A stretch of DNA of 64,000 nucleotides, from NCBI GenBank assembly GCA_010015585.1, contig ML975151.1; one strand, 5' to 3'. This document shows, piece after piece, positions 11,296-24,841 of the stretch. Position numbers and translations under genes: made by a program. Position 1 is the stretch's first letter, and every line of letters starts with the position of its first letter. Below the pieces are notes generated by a model. That model saw only the letters and a program-made list of their open reading frames with translations, did not search any database and had not been told where the DNA came from. The stretch comes from Eremomyces bilateralis CBS 781.70 (taxonomy: Eukaryota).

Positions 11296-13304
11296 TTACC
11301 CCTGCTCGGGTTGGTCCTGCTTTTCACCTACCACCGCAGACGGATTAGCACTGGCTTGGCCCGTTTGATCGTGATGTCGGATCCATTTCCTCTTCATCCT
11401 TTCCGTCCTTGCGTTCTTACGGTCCCCAACATCCCTTTTCAAGCTCTTCAGAAGCGTGCCCCCTCCACCGTCACCCCCAGCAGCCGCCGCTAGCGCATCC
11501 AACTCGTCTTCGTCGCTGCTTGAGAATGAATCGCTGCGACGCTGCATGTAAACCATCCGCTTTTCGCCTTGCGACTCTTTCTTCTTCTCGCGTTGCCGCT
11601 CCTTCAGGCGGCTCATCTCTTCTTCATCACCTTGGCAGTCCAGAACTTTCACAGCAAGACCGAGGAAGTTGCTCTCGAGGAAAGCCTGGAGCTTCGGCAG
11701 AAGCTTGGCATTCGGCCGGTATGTACCAGAGTCATTGTCAATGACGAGTTCGTAAGCACTCGGGTCTACGTGCGATAAATCTTTGTGTCCAGATTGCTCG
11801 GGGGATGAAATAGGCGATGCGGGTGGGGAGTTGGAAGGTTGTTGATCATTGTCAATTCGGTCAAGATTGGCATCGGATGCATCCCCACTCGTTGGGTTGG
11901 GTTGAAGTGACAGGCGTCCGCGCCGGCGACGACGGATGAAAAACTCCCCTGCCCAGGCCACGTATACTGAGACGTTGCTGTGTAGCGTATGTTTGGAGAG
12001 CATGTCCACCCCAAATTCCTTTCCGGTCTCGGTGAAGCTTATCGTTCCATCCAGCGAGATGACGTAAGTGAATATCCGACCTCCACGGTCATAATGAGCG
12101 GCATCCAAAAATTGACGGGTCAGATCCTCGCATGGATGATCGAATGTTCCATACATGGTGGACCGGTCGAAATTATATACTCGGGCGTGTTGGTGGTGAA
12201 GGGTCTTAGATAAGATAAATCCTCGGATGCCCTTCGCCGTGAACATGGACTTGACAAACGGTTTGAACTGAACCACAGGTTAGCGAAGTGAGGGTAAGGG
12301 GCATTCATAACGCACCTCTACGTATCGGTGATAGAGTTCGGCAGGCACAGGTCCTTGGAGTTGGAACCGATTTGCCTGGAAACTATAGGAGGGCCACTGT
12401 TAGCGATCCGCCAGATCATGGGGTTACAAGGGAAGCAATACTTGTATGTAGTGGTTTTCCGCCCCTTCTTTGACGACGACTTCTCCTCATCGTGTTCCGA
12501 ACCAACTTCGACTTTTTGGCCGACCAGCCTGCCCAGCATCGGACTGTAGTGCTTCGTCCACCAGCAAGGTCCAATCGTGAAAGCTCTCCCCCCTTCGTTT
12601 TCCCCCACGCCTTCTGCCTCGCCCGTTCGACCCAACACCTCGACGGAGACTTCAAGCTCGCCATTTATATGCTTCGTTATGCCGAAGCAAACCGCGAGAA
12701 AGCGTACGAAATATGCGCGGCGGCTGCCCATGCGCTTCTTGATCTTGTATCGATGTCGTTGAATCCCAGACCAGTTCTCGTCCAGCCGAGGGACATTGAT
12801 ATGGGCGTTCCCAAGCCGATCATCATGATCGGCTGGGTCTTCATCGTAGATTCGACATTTCAATTTGAATCCGGTCGCGGGGACATTCGCGACCGTCCAT
12901 GTCTCCTCCCAAACCGGGTCGAGTTCTTTGCGAATAGTGCGGGTCCGCCGGCGCAACGGCGGGTCTTCTTTATGTCGCGGGATAAGCGCAGTGTTTAGCT
13001 GAGCAACGATGAACGGGTCGGAGGATAGGGCGTTGATATCGGCCATGGGAAGATTGTGGGCAGAGTGGAAGGTAAACTTGACGGTATATCCTGGTGGCGC
13101 ACGAGAGATCGGAGTGGCATCGTAGCCTCCGGCCGGTTCATTCCTCTCGGATTTCGCATCGTGTGTTTTGGAATCTGATGGCTTCGTTTCCCCGGAAGGA
13201 GCTTGGTCTGCGGCTTTGTTAGGATCCATGGAGGACGCTAGGTTGGTTGCTGATCCGCTCTTGGATGTCTGGCTATGTGTTTCTGGAACGCGGGAGGAAG
13301 CCAT
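11296..13304 (-). CDS. C2-domain protein with an uncharacterised C-terminal domain
   Basis: C2 motifs AHNLPMADINALSSDPF and IYDEDPADHDDRLG. Two introns join TYN-FQANRFQLQGPVPAELYHRYVE-FKPFV. C-terminal FTETGKEFGVDMLSKHTLHS..AGEF..IDNDSGTYRP. Confidence 0.85.
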
Positions 13305-14641
13305 TACTGGGACGGAACATCGAGCACGATGTATCCAACCGGCAGCGCCTTCGAGTGCGATTCGGATCCTTCAAGTGGCTATCAATCGAGATGTGTTTCC
13401 ATTATTATTGGAATGGCGAATCTGGTAGGCGGTCAGGGTCCAGGGCTCAAGGCACATGAAGGATAAGTGGTTCAAACACGAATTGCGAGTTTGCGACGGC
13501 ACATCTATGTGTTACCATCGATTATGCGCAATTGCACATGTACAGACGTTCCGAGGGAGGTTATATATTTACCTTCGCGTTATTGGGGAGCCCGTGCCTC
13601 TGGAGGCCACGCGTCGAACCTTGAAAACAGAAAAAGAGGTGCGATATCAGACAATTAGGACGATCGGGAGCCGTTAATTCCGTTGCGATCGAACACTAAC
13701 AGCGCATTAGCCGACATTGGCTGACAGTGGAGGGTGCCGTCAGCTGGGTATGTTCAGCCTATGCACCAACTATGCAGTGACCAGCAGAGGGGCTGGGTTG
13801 CCGGTGGTCGGGCTGGGGTGGCACCATGGCACCTAGCACTTAGCAGGCTAACACTCACTAGTGGCACCGTAGTAGACCTAGGAGTGGGGCGGAGTGGAAG
13901 CAACGGACCCTAAGTCCCTGACAGAGTGGTAGCGCTTCAGTTGTTCACTGCCTCACTCATATCACAGTCATATGCGATCTGGCAGAAGACATGGATGGCG
14001 GAGTACATGTTCCATTGGAATATGGATCACAGGTGGATACTACATGTAGCACTGAGCATAGTACTCCATACAGTAGTGGGGTGTTAGACCCCGGACGCGG
14101 CGAGAAAGCTTGATACGGCTTGGCCATGCTTGTTTTCCTTCATCGTAGCCTTTGGCATCACTATTCGCTAGGTATGTCTACTCCCCAGTTCTGTTCCATG
14201 GATGTATTACTCCGATCGCCTAACCTCGTCCGTTATTCCGTACTGCTACACATACTGAGACGGTGATAGGTCACAGAGCGTCATCAAATCATCGGCTTGC
14301 CGCTGCAGTTGCTTCTCCAGCCTCAAGGTCAAACTAGTGATGTGCATACCTAAGTACCGACGGTGCAACCATGATCAGCCCTAAGATTCGAGCATTAGGT
14401 TCACGGGGATGTATTCGACTTACCATGCAAAGATAGGTATTGATAATGACTTCGGTCAGCGTCTCTAAGACCGAGAGCGGCTAACCGACAGCTCTGTGGA
14501 GGTTCATTGAGACATGCGGAAACATTCTCTAGGGAAACTCCACTGACACACCCTAGGCACTGGTTTCTCCCAGACCGTCCACACCAGCACCATTACATCA
14601 AGGTAAGCGCTACGAGGCGGTCCAGAACAGAACGGAAGTAC

Positions 14642-15129
14642 TCAGAACCATCCCATCATCTTCCCCCCAAAACGAACCAACACACCGCCGAGGTAGATCG
14701 GAACGGCAATCCACAGCCAAAACGCATTGTTCCCAAAAAGCCCTGCCAGGACGACACAAAGGTCGGTCCAGTAAATGATGTCCCAGCCATACTCGGTCAA
14801 TCCTTTCTGATCGAGGTCTTCGCCTGCCCGGACCACTCGGCCATCCGGAGCATGTCGTGGTCTTGATACGGACTCGAAGAACAGTTGGACGGCAATAGCC
14901 GGGATCGAGAGGAGGATGTAAGGCAGCGTGGAGCGAATCGGTGATGCGAAGAAGGCTTTCCGGTGGAAGAGGAGTCGTGCGATGAAGAAAATGCCGTGTG
15001 TGATGGCAGTGATGAGGCGGAGGCGTTGCAGGTGGCCTTGATTCCGTGCAGCAAGCACTTTCATCGATTTCTATACACGATTTCAGCATCAGACAACCTA
15101 GATGAGTCGGGGATACAAACCTGAGCCAT
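14642..15129 (-). CDS. SND2: DUF788/TMEM208 family ER membrane protein (Snd2-like)
   Basis: Exon 1 ATG GCT CAG, intron GTTTGT..TATAG, then KSMKVLAARN..RP..AGEDLDQKGLTEYGWDIIYWT, with transmembrane segments. Confidence 0.82.
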
Positions 15130-15807
15130 GTTGACAGATGGACGAAGCTTTGAGTCTCTTGAGAAGCTACAACGTGGTTGAAGTTGCTGTTGAAAGAGGG
15201 AGAGACACGGGTCAAGATCGTCCGAGGGATTTCAGCGTGAAGTTGGCAGTTGATAATCGATCGCAAAGAGTACAATGAACCGGAGAGTACGGTAGGTAAT
15301 GAGATTGTGTGGTACACACTGTTAGCTGTTAAGTCACCGAATTGGAGGTCCCTGCATGTGTGTCTGAGTGGTGACTGTGCCGCAACAGCAGTCACGATCT
15401 AAGAGAAGCCCCTCACCACATCTGCTTATCACTATTCTTCTCACTATCACTTCACTCAACCACCTACACTCCTCTCATACTACCGCTGCATCAAGTTCAC
15501 AGTAGAAGTAGCCGGCACAGCATTTGTTTATAATTGATTTTTGGAATTCATAATACTATTGATTATGCTATTTCTGCGTTGGCCACGCAAAGCGAATCCA
15601 AACCCCTTTTTCTAAGGGCCGCTAATGCCACAGTATGACCCGGGACTTAAATGCTGTCCCGGTTCGACGACCATCCACAACGCCATGCAAAATTGATGAG
15701 AATCCCAACCGCTATGCCATGAAAAAGTTCGTAATCCATGGGAGTTTGTTTCTTGCGCCTTCTATTCCACCTCTCCAGGTCCTCTCTGTCGGTCCCGGAG
15801 GGTCAGC

Positions 15808-16766
15808 TCATGAGCTGGATACTGTAACGCCCTCCAGCGCGTGTATCAGAACCTTTTCTCGCTCTTTTCGTTCCTGTTCCTCCAAAAACTGTGCGTATCG
15901 GCTTTTCTTGTTGTGGATGCCGCACTCCGTCTTATCTCTCCCCTTCCACCGGCCAGCTCGCTCATCCTCGCCTTCGGCTACCGGGCTTGTCGAGTGCCAG
16001 TCGCCGACACTCTTGTAACCTCGGTCGAGCAACTCGTTGTAGGGGACATTGTTCGCATCGATATATTTCTTCACTTGGCCGAAACTCCAGTTGGCAAGTG
16101 GGTTGATCTTGATGAGGCCATCGTCGGAAATTTCCACCACCGGGAGAGTGCCGCGAGCGCCGCCTTGGCTTCGACGACGGCCCGTGAGAAGAGCACGAAC
16201 ACCGAGTTCTCGATAAGCGCGTTGAGCCGGCTCGACCTTGGCGAGGAAATCGTATCGCTCATCGTCCACCTCCCATAACCGATCTCCATACCGTGCAGCG
16301 AAATTCTCCGCAGTCGTAGCATTCTCGGGTGTGTAGACGTGCAGTGGAACTTTGGAGTACCTCTCCTGCACGCGAGAAACAAGAGCTTGGGTCTCCGGGA
16401 AATGGTGGAGGGTATCGAGGAAGATGAGTGGTGGCGGGGCGGCGATATCGAGCTCAGCAGTGATGTGTGAGAGCATATCCAGGGTTGCTAAACCGGTAAG
16501 ACCAAAGGCAGTGGTCTGGAATAAGGAAGGTAATGTGATCAATGCCCATTTCAGGATTTCTGTTCATTATTAACGTGTGCTCCCTTGGAGGATGGAAAAG
16601 ACTGAGATCACGGACCTTCAGGCTCTAGTTTGCTCAACTGTATATTGACGAAGTCCAGGTGTGATTGAGCAAAGAAAACGTCCGGCAGACTGGCGGTGCT
16701 GGACGATGCACTGGCATATCCAGACTCATCGTGGTCATGGAATGGCTTTCGATTCGGCGATGCCAT
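15808..16766 (-). CDS. MET16: Phosphoadenosine phosphosulfate (PAPS) reductase
   Basis: QTTAFGLTG, FLDTLHHFPET, KVEP, TGRRRSQGG, KINPLANW, GYKSVGDWHST, ERAGRW, KTECGIH. Exon 1 starts at ATG 16766; one intron. Confidence 0.96.
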
Positions 16767-17741
16767 GGTGGGCGTGTGAAGGAATCAAGAGTGCGGGGAA
16801 ACGGCTAGTCTTCTTTAGAAGTCTTTTATTCAATCCTTCGTTGATTGGGTCGAATGGGTCGAATGGTAGGTATGTGAGCACAAAGGGATCTCAATATCGA
16901 TGGTGTTCTTCGGCAGTAGATGTACGAGTTGGGATAGGGGGAAGTCTCAGGAAGTCTTCTACTTAAGAGGGATTGAGAAGTGGATGTTGTCACCGTTAAA
17001 CCAGGTCATTTGATTCCAGATGATTGAATAATCAAAGGGTTCTTATTAATATTCAAATATCCAGGCACGCAGAAGGCGGCCGTAAATCGGACGGCAGGGT
17101 TTCCAATCACATCAAATTTGATATTCATCATTGTCTTCTCTGAGCACGCAATTTTAGCGCCTGGCGACACAATCGCCGTCCACACCCTCCCCACACATTC
17201 TATGCGTCAACACCACTGCATTTCCGCCTCTCTCCGGGATTTTTTCGAAATGGCGTTGCGCCCTGGCAAGAACGGCTCTTTGTTTCTTTTATCCCGGGTA
17301 TTTCATACATAGCATGCGGGGAAATGGGAAATCCTCAAATCCTCCGATCGTGTTAGTGAGAGATGAAGGGAAACATGAATTCTGATTGGAGAATGGAGAT
17401 GGATGTTTGGAATCCGGATCCCTGCCGAACCGAGATCTGATCCATAGAGCATGATTTCCAGTCTTCCCCCGTCAGATCCGCGTGGGCGGAAGATCTTCAA
17501 TAGGATTGGGTCTCAAGATTTCTGATCGAAATCTGACTGTCGCTAAATAGGGATTGTGAGACAACTGACGCAACATCCCTTGAATTGCAGCAGAGCCTCT
17601 TGGAGTCTTGATGAGGAGTCTAGGTGTAAGGATGGTGTCGACATCTCATATCTGCCCGATTGCTATGAAATCAACTGATTAATACCTCGCATGGGTGGCA
17701 AGGACCGCATTGAAGCTCGGCTAATGAATAATGAGTCTTTA

Positions 17742-17772
17742 TTATTGTTCCTTATTGTTCCTTATTGTTCCC
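17742..17772. repeat. 10-bp tandem repeat (TTATTGTTCC)x3
   Basis: Seen directly in the MET16/GDB1 intergenic region. Confidence 0.85.
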
Positions 17773-18674
17773 TCAAAGACAACCGTTAGATTTTCGGCCG
17801 CCAGGCACCTAGTTAAGTAATTATGCTTCTGAATCTCGCAATGATCGATCTAACCGGCTCCTCCAAAGACCTCCAGGCGGTATTGGGTGATGGGAGGGAT
17901 CTCCACCAACACGAGCCCGTCCAGTGTATACATGTCATATTAGAATACTGACTACTGAGTACTATTCAGGTTCTCGCTGCTATCATAGAACAGATTGATA
18001 GGTACAGGTACGTGATATCACAGTTCCCTGGTGTCAACTCGACGGACAAACAAACAAATTGGCAGCACGTGATATAAACGTCACCGCATTCGTCTCCATC
18101 CAATCAAAATGGATTATTTCACTTCTTCCCGCTATTGTCCTGTGGCTGATATTCTGCCGTCCAGAACGTGCACCGCCACCCGCTGACGTCGAGTCCAACG
18201 GATCTGATCTGATGCAGATCTCTGCTTGATGTACCTCTGGCCCTCTGCTTGAACAATCGAGTTCGACTTCTCACGGTTCTCACTGCAGTTCATTGTCATG
18301 GTTGCATTGTTTGTCATGTTAAGTTCTCGTATTGCTAAGTACCACCGAAACCTGCTTGGCCAAACAATGCAATTGAACCACCATTGTTCCACCAGAGTTT
18401 CCTCCAACCTGTAGTGCACATCACGAGCCTCCACCAACTATTGTTCTTGTACATGCTCTGCATGAGTAGAGTAACTCTTCTTCCAAATCTTCAGCCTTCT
18501 GACGCCGATCGAAGCATCACGCGTCTCGAATTTTCAGTTCAATTGGCTTGTCCTTTCGCTCTCGTCCAATATTAACATCTCCCCCATTTTGCAGAGCATC
18601 TGCATCGGACTGGACCGAAATTGCAGCGGTTGATCACCCACTTATCCTTGGTCGAGCTTGTCTTCTTCATTATA

Positions 18675-21600
18675 ATGGCTTCTCCTCAGCGCGTTCACTG
18701 TCTGAACCTCAAAGATGACGGCTCGCCAAATATTGGCGGAACGTACATATGCCTTCCGCCGCCGACAACACCCGCCTACCACCTGCGCTTTTCGATCCAA
18801 GGAACAAGCTCCGTCTGCCAGCGTGGCAGCTTGTGGTCCAATATACCAGGCATTGGGGAGACGTTTCAGCGGGACCAATTCCGGGAGTTCAAGTAGGTTT
18901 TCACATCATATGGAATTTTGAACAGGGCTAACCTGTGACATAGGTTGGATCCTGACTTCAACCGCAACATTGAAATCGACTTCACCATCACGCAGCCTGG
19001 ATCTTTCTCCTATTACATTACCTATTCACCGTTGCCTTTATTTTCTCTCGGCCCCACGGAAGCGTCAAAACCCGCCCGAACGCCCGAATATTATATCGAT
19101 GTCACCCCGGCGCTCACACTTCGGGGAAACCCCCTACCTTTGGACTCACTTTCCATCATATCGTGTTTGTCGAAGTTCATGGGCCAGTACCCTTCCGATT
19201 GGCAGAGCCATCTTGGTGGGATCAGTGCCAGGGGGTATAACTGCGTCCATTTCGCTCCATTAATGAAGCGGGGCGAGTCGAACTCTCCCTACAGCATGTA
19301 CGATCAGCTCGAGTTTGACCCGGAGTGTTTCCCCCATGGGGAGGCCGATATTGCTGATCTGGTTAAAACGATGCATGATGACAATGGCTTGTTGACACTC
19401 TGTGACATTGTCTGGAATCATACTGCCAACAATAGTCAGTGGCTCGAAGAACACCCTGAGGCTGGCTACAATGTGGTCACGGCACCGCACCTGGAGTCGG
19501 CTCTGGAGCTGGATAATGCGTTGCTCGACTATAGCAAATCGCTACGAAGCCTTGGAATGCCCACTGAGCTCCAGACGGTGGATGATTTGCTCAGTGTCAT
19601 GGAAGGAGTGAAGACTTACTGTATTAGCGGAATCAAGCTATGGGAGTACTATGTCCTCAACCGGGATCGTGACGCCGATGCAGTTGTCAACGCATGGGTT
19701 TCAGGCAAGGCAAGCATTTCCAAATCGATAACCAGCAGACCTGGGTATAGCCAACCTGAGCTGCTCAAGGATCAATCTTTGAAGTGCAAGGCAGATTGGC
19801 TCATTGACAATTGCTTGGAAGGATCCGATCGCATGGGAGAGCGATTTCGACGTCGCATCAATCCTCAGGCAGGCGCATTTTTTCTGAATGCGCTCAAGGG
19901 CCGCTACGAAAATGGGAAATCCGAAGCAGCTGCAAAGGAGGAGCTACTCCAAGTCACCGACGACGTGAAACTGATGGTTGATGAAGTTAATCTGCAGTTC
20001 TACAAGGAATACGACACCGATTGCGCCGAAATTATGGAACAACTCTTCAACCGAACCAAATATACGCGTCTCGACGACCACGGTCCGAAGCTTGGCCCGA
20101 TCACTCGACAGAATCCACTGATCGAAGCTTACTTCACTCGCTTGCCCCTGAATGAGACAACCAAGAAGCACGATCTAAAGTCCTTAGCCCTTGTCAACAA
20201 TGGATGGATTTGGGCTGCCGATGCCTTACGGGACCACGCCGGGCCAAAGTCTCGTGCTTATCTTCGGCGAGAAGTGATCGTATGGGGAGATTGTGTCAAA
20301 CTCCGATATGGCAGCGGCCCGGAAGACAACCCTTACCTCTGGGATCGCATGGCGCGATACACACGGCTGATGGCCAAACATTTTCATGCGTTCCGCATCG
20401 ATAATTGCCACTCCACTCCGATCCACCTCGCTAGTTATATGCTGGATGAAGCTCGAAAAGTGAGGGAGAACATCGCCGTGTTCGCGGAATTGTTTTCGGG
20501 GTCAGAACAGATGGATTCCCTGTTTGTCCAGCGTTTGAACCTCAATGGTCTGATTCGGGAGGCTATGCAGGCATGGAGTACTCAAGAAATGTCCCGCCTA
20601 GTCCATCGACACAATGCACGACCTATTGGAAGTTTCGACGTCGACGATATCGTGACAAATGACCGGTCCAATGGACTACAAAATGGCACCACTTCCAAGC
20701 GAGAGACCGTTCGGACCGTTAGGGCAAGCACTGTGCATGCGCTGTTCATGGACTGCACCCATGATAACGAACCCCCAGCAGAGAAACGCGATGCTCGGGA
20801 CACATTGCCAAATGCCGCCCTCGTGGCTATGTGCGCATGCAGTACTGGCAGCGTGATGGGTTACGATGAGATTTACCCAGCTCTCCTGAACCTAGTGTCT
20901 GAAACAAGGCTCTATGGCTCGCCATATTCGACAAAAGACGCCATCGCCAACATCAAAAACGTCACAGACGGGATTGGTGCATGCAAAGCTATATTCAACA
21001 CCATTCATACGCTCATGGGCACTGAAGGATACAATGAGAGTTTCATCCATCACGACCAGGAGTATATCACAGTCCATCGAGTCAAGCCTCAAACACGCGA
21101 AGGGTACTTCTTGATCGCCCATACTGCCTATCCTGGCTCTAGCACAAACAATGGGAATCTGGATCCTGTGAGACTTCCCGGAACTGAAGCTGAGATCGTT
21201 GGTGCCTGGGTCTTGGAAGTTGACAGTTCTGCGGAAACGAGGAGGACTACGCAAGCGGACACAAAGGTCCTCCGGGGATTGCCTAGCAGCGTGACTGAAA
21301 TCTCAGACGTCAAACTCGAGAAAGACGGCTACGATTGCTTGATACATCTTCCACCAAAGTTCCCGCCTGGCAGCGTTGCATTATTCAAAACGAAGATGCC
21401 AGCGGCCAGTCGTGCCCTCATCGTGGCCGACGTGGGTCCTCAAACAAATCTCGAGTCGTATATGACATCCGACGCTGCTCAAGCCTTTGGATCGCTCTCA
21501 TTGTGCGAGCTCAATGTGGCGTTGTATCGCTGTGATGCCGAAGAGAGAGATCTTTCTGATAGATCCGACGGGACATACCAAATTCCTGAGGCAGGAACTC

Positions 21601-23505
21601 TCGTCTACGCTGGCCTCCAAGGGTGGTGGTCTGTATTAGGACCAGTCGTTCGCGACAACAACCTTGGCCATCCAGTTTGCCAGCATTTGCGTGAAGGTGA
21701 CTGGGCAATGGACTACATTGTGTCACGGTTTGAAAAGCTTTCCAACCAGAGTGGATTGCAAGGCCTTGTCAGCGTCGCAGCATGGCTAAAGAGCAGATTC
21801 GCAGCGATCAAAGAACTTCCAATGTTTCTTCATCCACGATACTTCGCCATGGTCATACGGACAGCATACCACGCTTCGATTGATCGAAACATTTCTCTCC
21901 TGAGCAGAAACATTGGCGATGCTCAGCAGTTCGTGAAAGACCTTTCACTCGTTTCAACCCAGATGACAGGTCTTGTGAATAGCGCAAGTCTCTGGCCCAA
22001 TAAAGCGGTACCATCCATGGCCGCCGGACTTCCACATTTTGCTTGCGACTGGGCTAGATGCTGGGGTCGAGATATTTTCATATCCATGCGAGGGCTGTAT
22101 CTCAGCACTGGAAGATTCGACGATGCCAAAGAACACATTCTTGCATTTGCCAGTGTAGTCAACCATGGGATGATTCCCAATCTACTCTCTGGTGGTCGGC
22201 TTCCACGCTACAACTCCCGAGATAGCGTGTGGTTCTTCTTGCAGGGCATCCAAGATTATTGCACGCTTGCGCCAGAAGGACTGGGCTTGCTCGAGGTTGA
22301 AGTCCCAAGGAGATTTCTACCCTACGACGATACCTGGTTTTCACACGATGATCCCCGCGCGTATAGCACACGGAGCACGGTTCGAGAAGTTGTCCAGGAA
22401 ATCATGCAACGACATGCATCTGGACTCCACTTCCGAGAGTACAACGCCGGTCCGGACCTCGATTCGCAAATGACCGATGCTGGGTTCAATATCGACATTC
22501 AAGTTGACTGGACTAACGGTATGCTCTTCGGCGGCAATCAGCACAATTGCGGTACTTGGATGGATAAAATGGGAGAAAGCGAACGTGCAGGATCCAAAGG
22601 GGTGCCTGGGACACCACGCGATGGTGCCGCAGTGGAAATCACCGGTCTCTTATTCAGTACGCTTGCTTGGCTTACTCAACTGCCAGCTGCGAAGAAATTG
22701 GCCACCAACGGGGTTGAGAAACCTGATGGATCGACAGTGACGTGGTCTGAATGGGCCAAACTGATCAAGGACAATTTCGAGCGTTGCTATTACGTCCCAT
22801 CGAATGAAAGCGAGGACCAAGGCCACGACGTGGAGCCTGAGCTTATAAACAGGCGTGGAATATACAAAGATCTTTACCGTTCCGGAAAGCCGTACGAGGA
22901 TTACCAACTTCGACCCAACTTTCCGATCGCCATGGTCGTGGCTCCCGACCTTTTCTCTGTTTCTCATGCCATTTCGGCCCTTCATGCGGGTGATCAATAT
23001 CTACGTGGACCATTAGGTATGGCAACGCTGGATCCAGGGGACCTAAACTACCGTCCATACTATGTCAACAGCGAGGACAGCGACGATTTCGCAACAAGCA
23101 AAGGGCGGAATTATCATCAAGGTCCCGAGTGGGTTTGGCCACTGGGTTTCTTCCTTCGAGCCCTTCTCATATTCGGATTGGCAGAAGTGGATCAAGTAGC
23201 TGCAAAGGAGAACTGGAGTGACGAGCGACGACGAGAAAAGCACACGGAGGTGTTTCAGCAGGTCCATCAACGCCTCAAAGGGTGTCGCGCTGCAATTCGG
23301 GACGATGGGAACTGGTGGAAGGGCTTGACAGAGTTAACGCAAAAGGGCGGCGAATTATGTCCTGATTCGGTGAGTTTCTGTGCCTTGCTTGACGACTTCC
23401 AGTGGATCACTGACCAGATATGCATAGTCGCCTACACAGGCCTGGTCCGCTGGGTGTTTGTTGGATCTGTTCCAGGAGGCGCGAGAGCTTGGAATTGACT
23501 CTTGA
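18675..23505 (+). CDS. GDB1: Glycogen debranching enzyme (4-alpha-glucanotransferase/amylo-1,6-glucosidase)
   Basis: GESNSPYS, DIVWNHTA, FRIDNCHSTP, MDCTHDN, AGLPHF..RCWGRD, WMDKMGES, YHQGPEWVW. The last intron restores the C-terminus SPTQAWSAGCLLDL..GIDS*. Confidence 0.97.
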
Positions 23506-23870
23506 TTAGCACCGAATGAAAAGCAAGATGGACGGCCTGGCACGCCTGGATAACGGTTGCGTTACTGTCCCTTAGCACCATGTTCATCGGCTTAAGGAGC
23601 GATATGCTTGAACGAATTGTTTTGTACTGTACATAGAGGAATAGAGATACTTAAAAAAGGTTTATATTTCAATTATTAGAGCCACCTTCGGATGAACGCT
23701 CTGTCGAGGCATATATATATCAGTAGGTTTTGCGTGGAACAAAATGCGCCATGAACCCTTCACAAAGACACACACTGCGGCCAAGCAATGCAATCTAGCA
23801 TGACAGGACCCTTCTTCTATCTGCAACAGGTAACAACAACAACGTCGGAGATTGAAGAAAAACTTCAATT

Positions 23871-24624
23871 ATGCTGTCGATACTCCGGAAAGCACGATTA
23901 AAAGACAAGGAGCTTCGCGTGCTAATCCTTGGATTGGATAACGCTGGCAAGACGACTATTGTGAACCATCTCCTGGGCAAGGATACGTCGCAGATATCTC
24001 CCACACTTGGGTTCGTCATTAGCACCGTCGACTGGGATGGATATCGAATCAATATTTGTATGTAAACACTATCGGCTATCAGGGTTTAGCTAACTGTTAT
24101 TTTCCTAGGGGATGTTGGAGGACAGAAGACGCTGAGAACCTACTGGCGGAACTACTTCGAGCGAACGGATACATTGCTTTGGGTTGTCGATGCGACTGAT
24201 GAAGCAAGAATGAATGATTGCCGAGAAGAATTGGCAAATTTACTAGTTGAAGAAGTACGGCCAACCTCTTTATGCATCTTGATTATCGACATCAAGGACC
24301 GGGGTGGTGAAAATCGAGTCGTTATTCTTCCAAGAATGCTGACATCCAACGCGTATAGCGATTGATGGGAGCGAGCCTGCTCGTCGTGAAGAATAAAACC
24401 GATGTTCACGGGTGTTTGTCTAATGATCAAGTACGGGACGTGAGTAGCAGGTCCATCCTTTTTGTCGCTTTAATGATTCATGGAACTGGCAGATTTTGCG
24501 ACTGGACGACATTCGCACCCACCGATGGTCAATCATGGAGTGTAGCGCTATGACCGGACAAAACCTCCCGGAGGCCATGAACTGGGTACTAGCGGATGCG
24601 AAAGAGAGGCTGTTCTTATTTTGA
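23871..24624 (+). CDS. ARL2: ADP-ribosylation factor-like GTPase Arl2 (Cin4/Alp41)
   Basis: [41 protein letters not shown], ending AKERLFLF*; three introns. Confidence 0.93.
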
Positions 24625-24841
24625 GCACCCCGTGTTCTTGAAGGACCACTACAAGCGTCTACCCGGTGCTTGCTGGAGAGACAAGACATAATCAAATTTA
24701 CTCCTACGGGCGGCAGAATACGAAAGATGGCAGGGTGCAGTCTATGCAATTTCCGTGTGGTATCTTATGCTATCAAACAGAATGTCCCGAGCCATCATTC
24801 ATCCTCTACTCGCATGGCATGGTCATCGGTCTTCATGAGGC

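Noticed and set aside
17140..17580. bZIP-like TGACGCA sites and CGG-rich stretch upstream of MET16
   Set aside because: No full ATGRYRYCAT CYS3/MetR-type palindrome was found, and the matches cannot be told from chance by eye.
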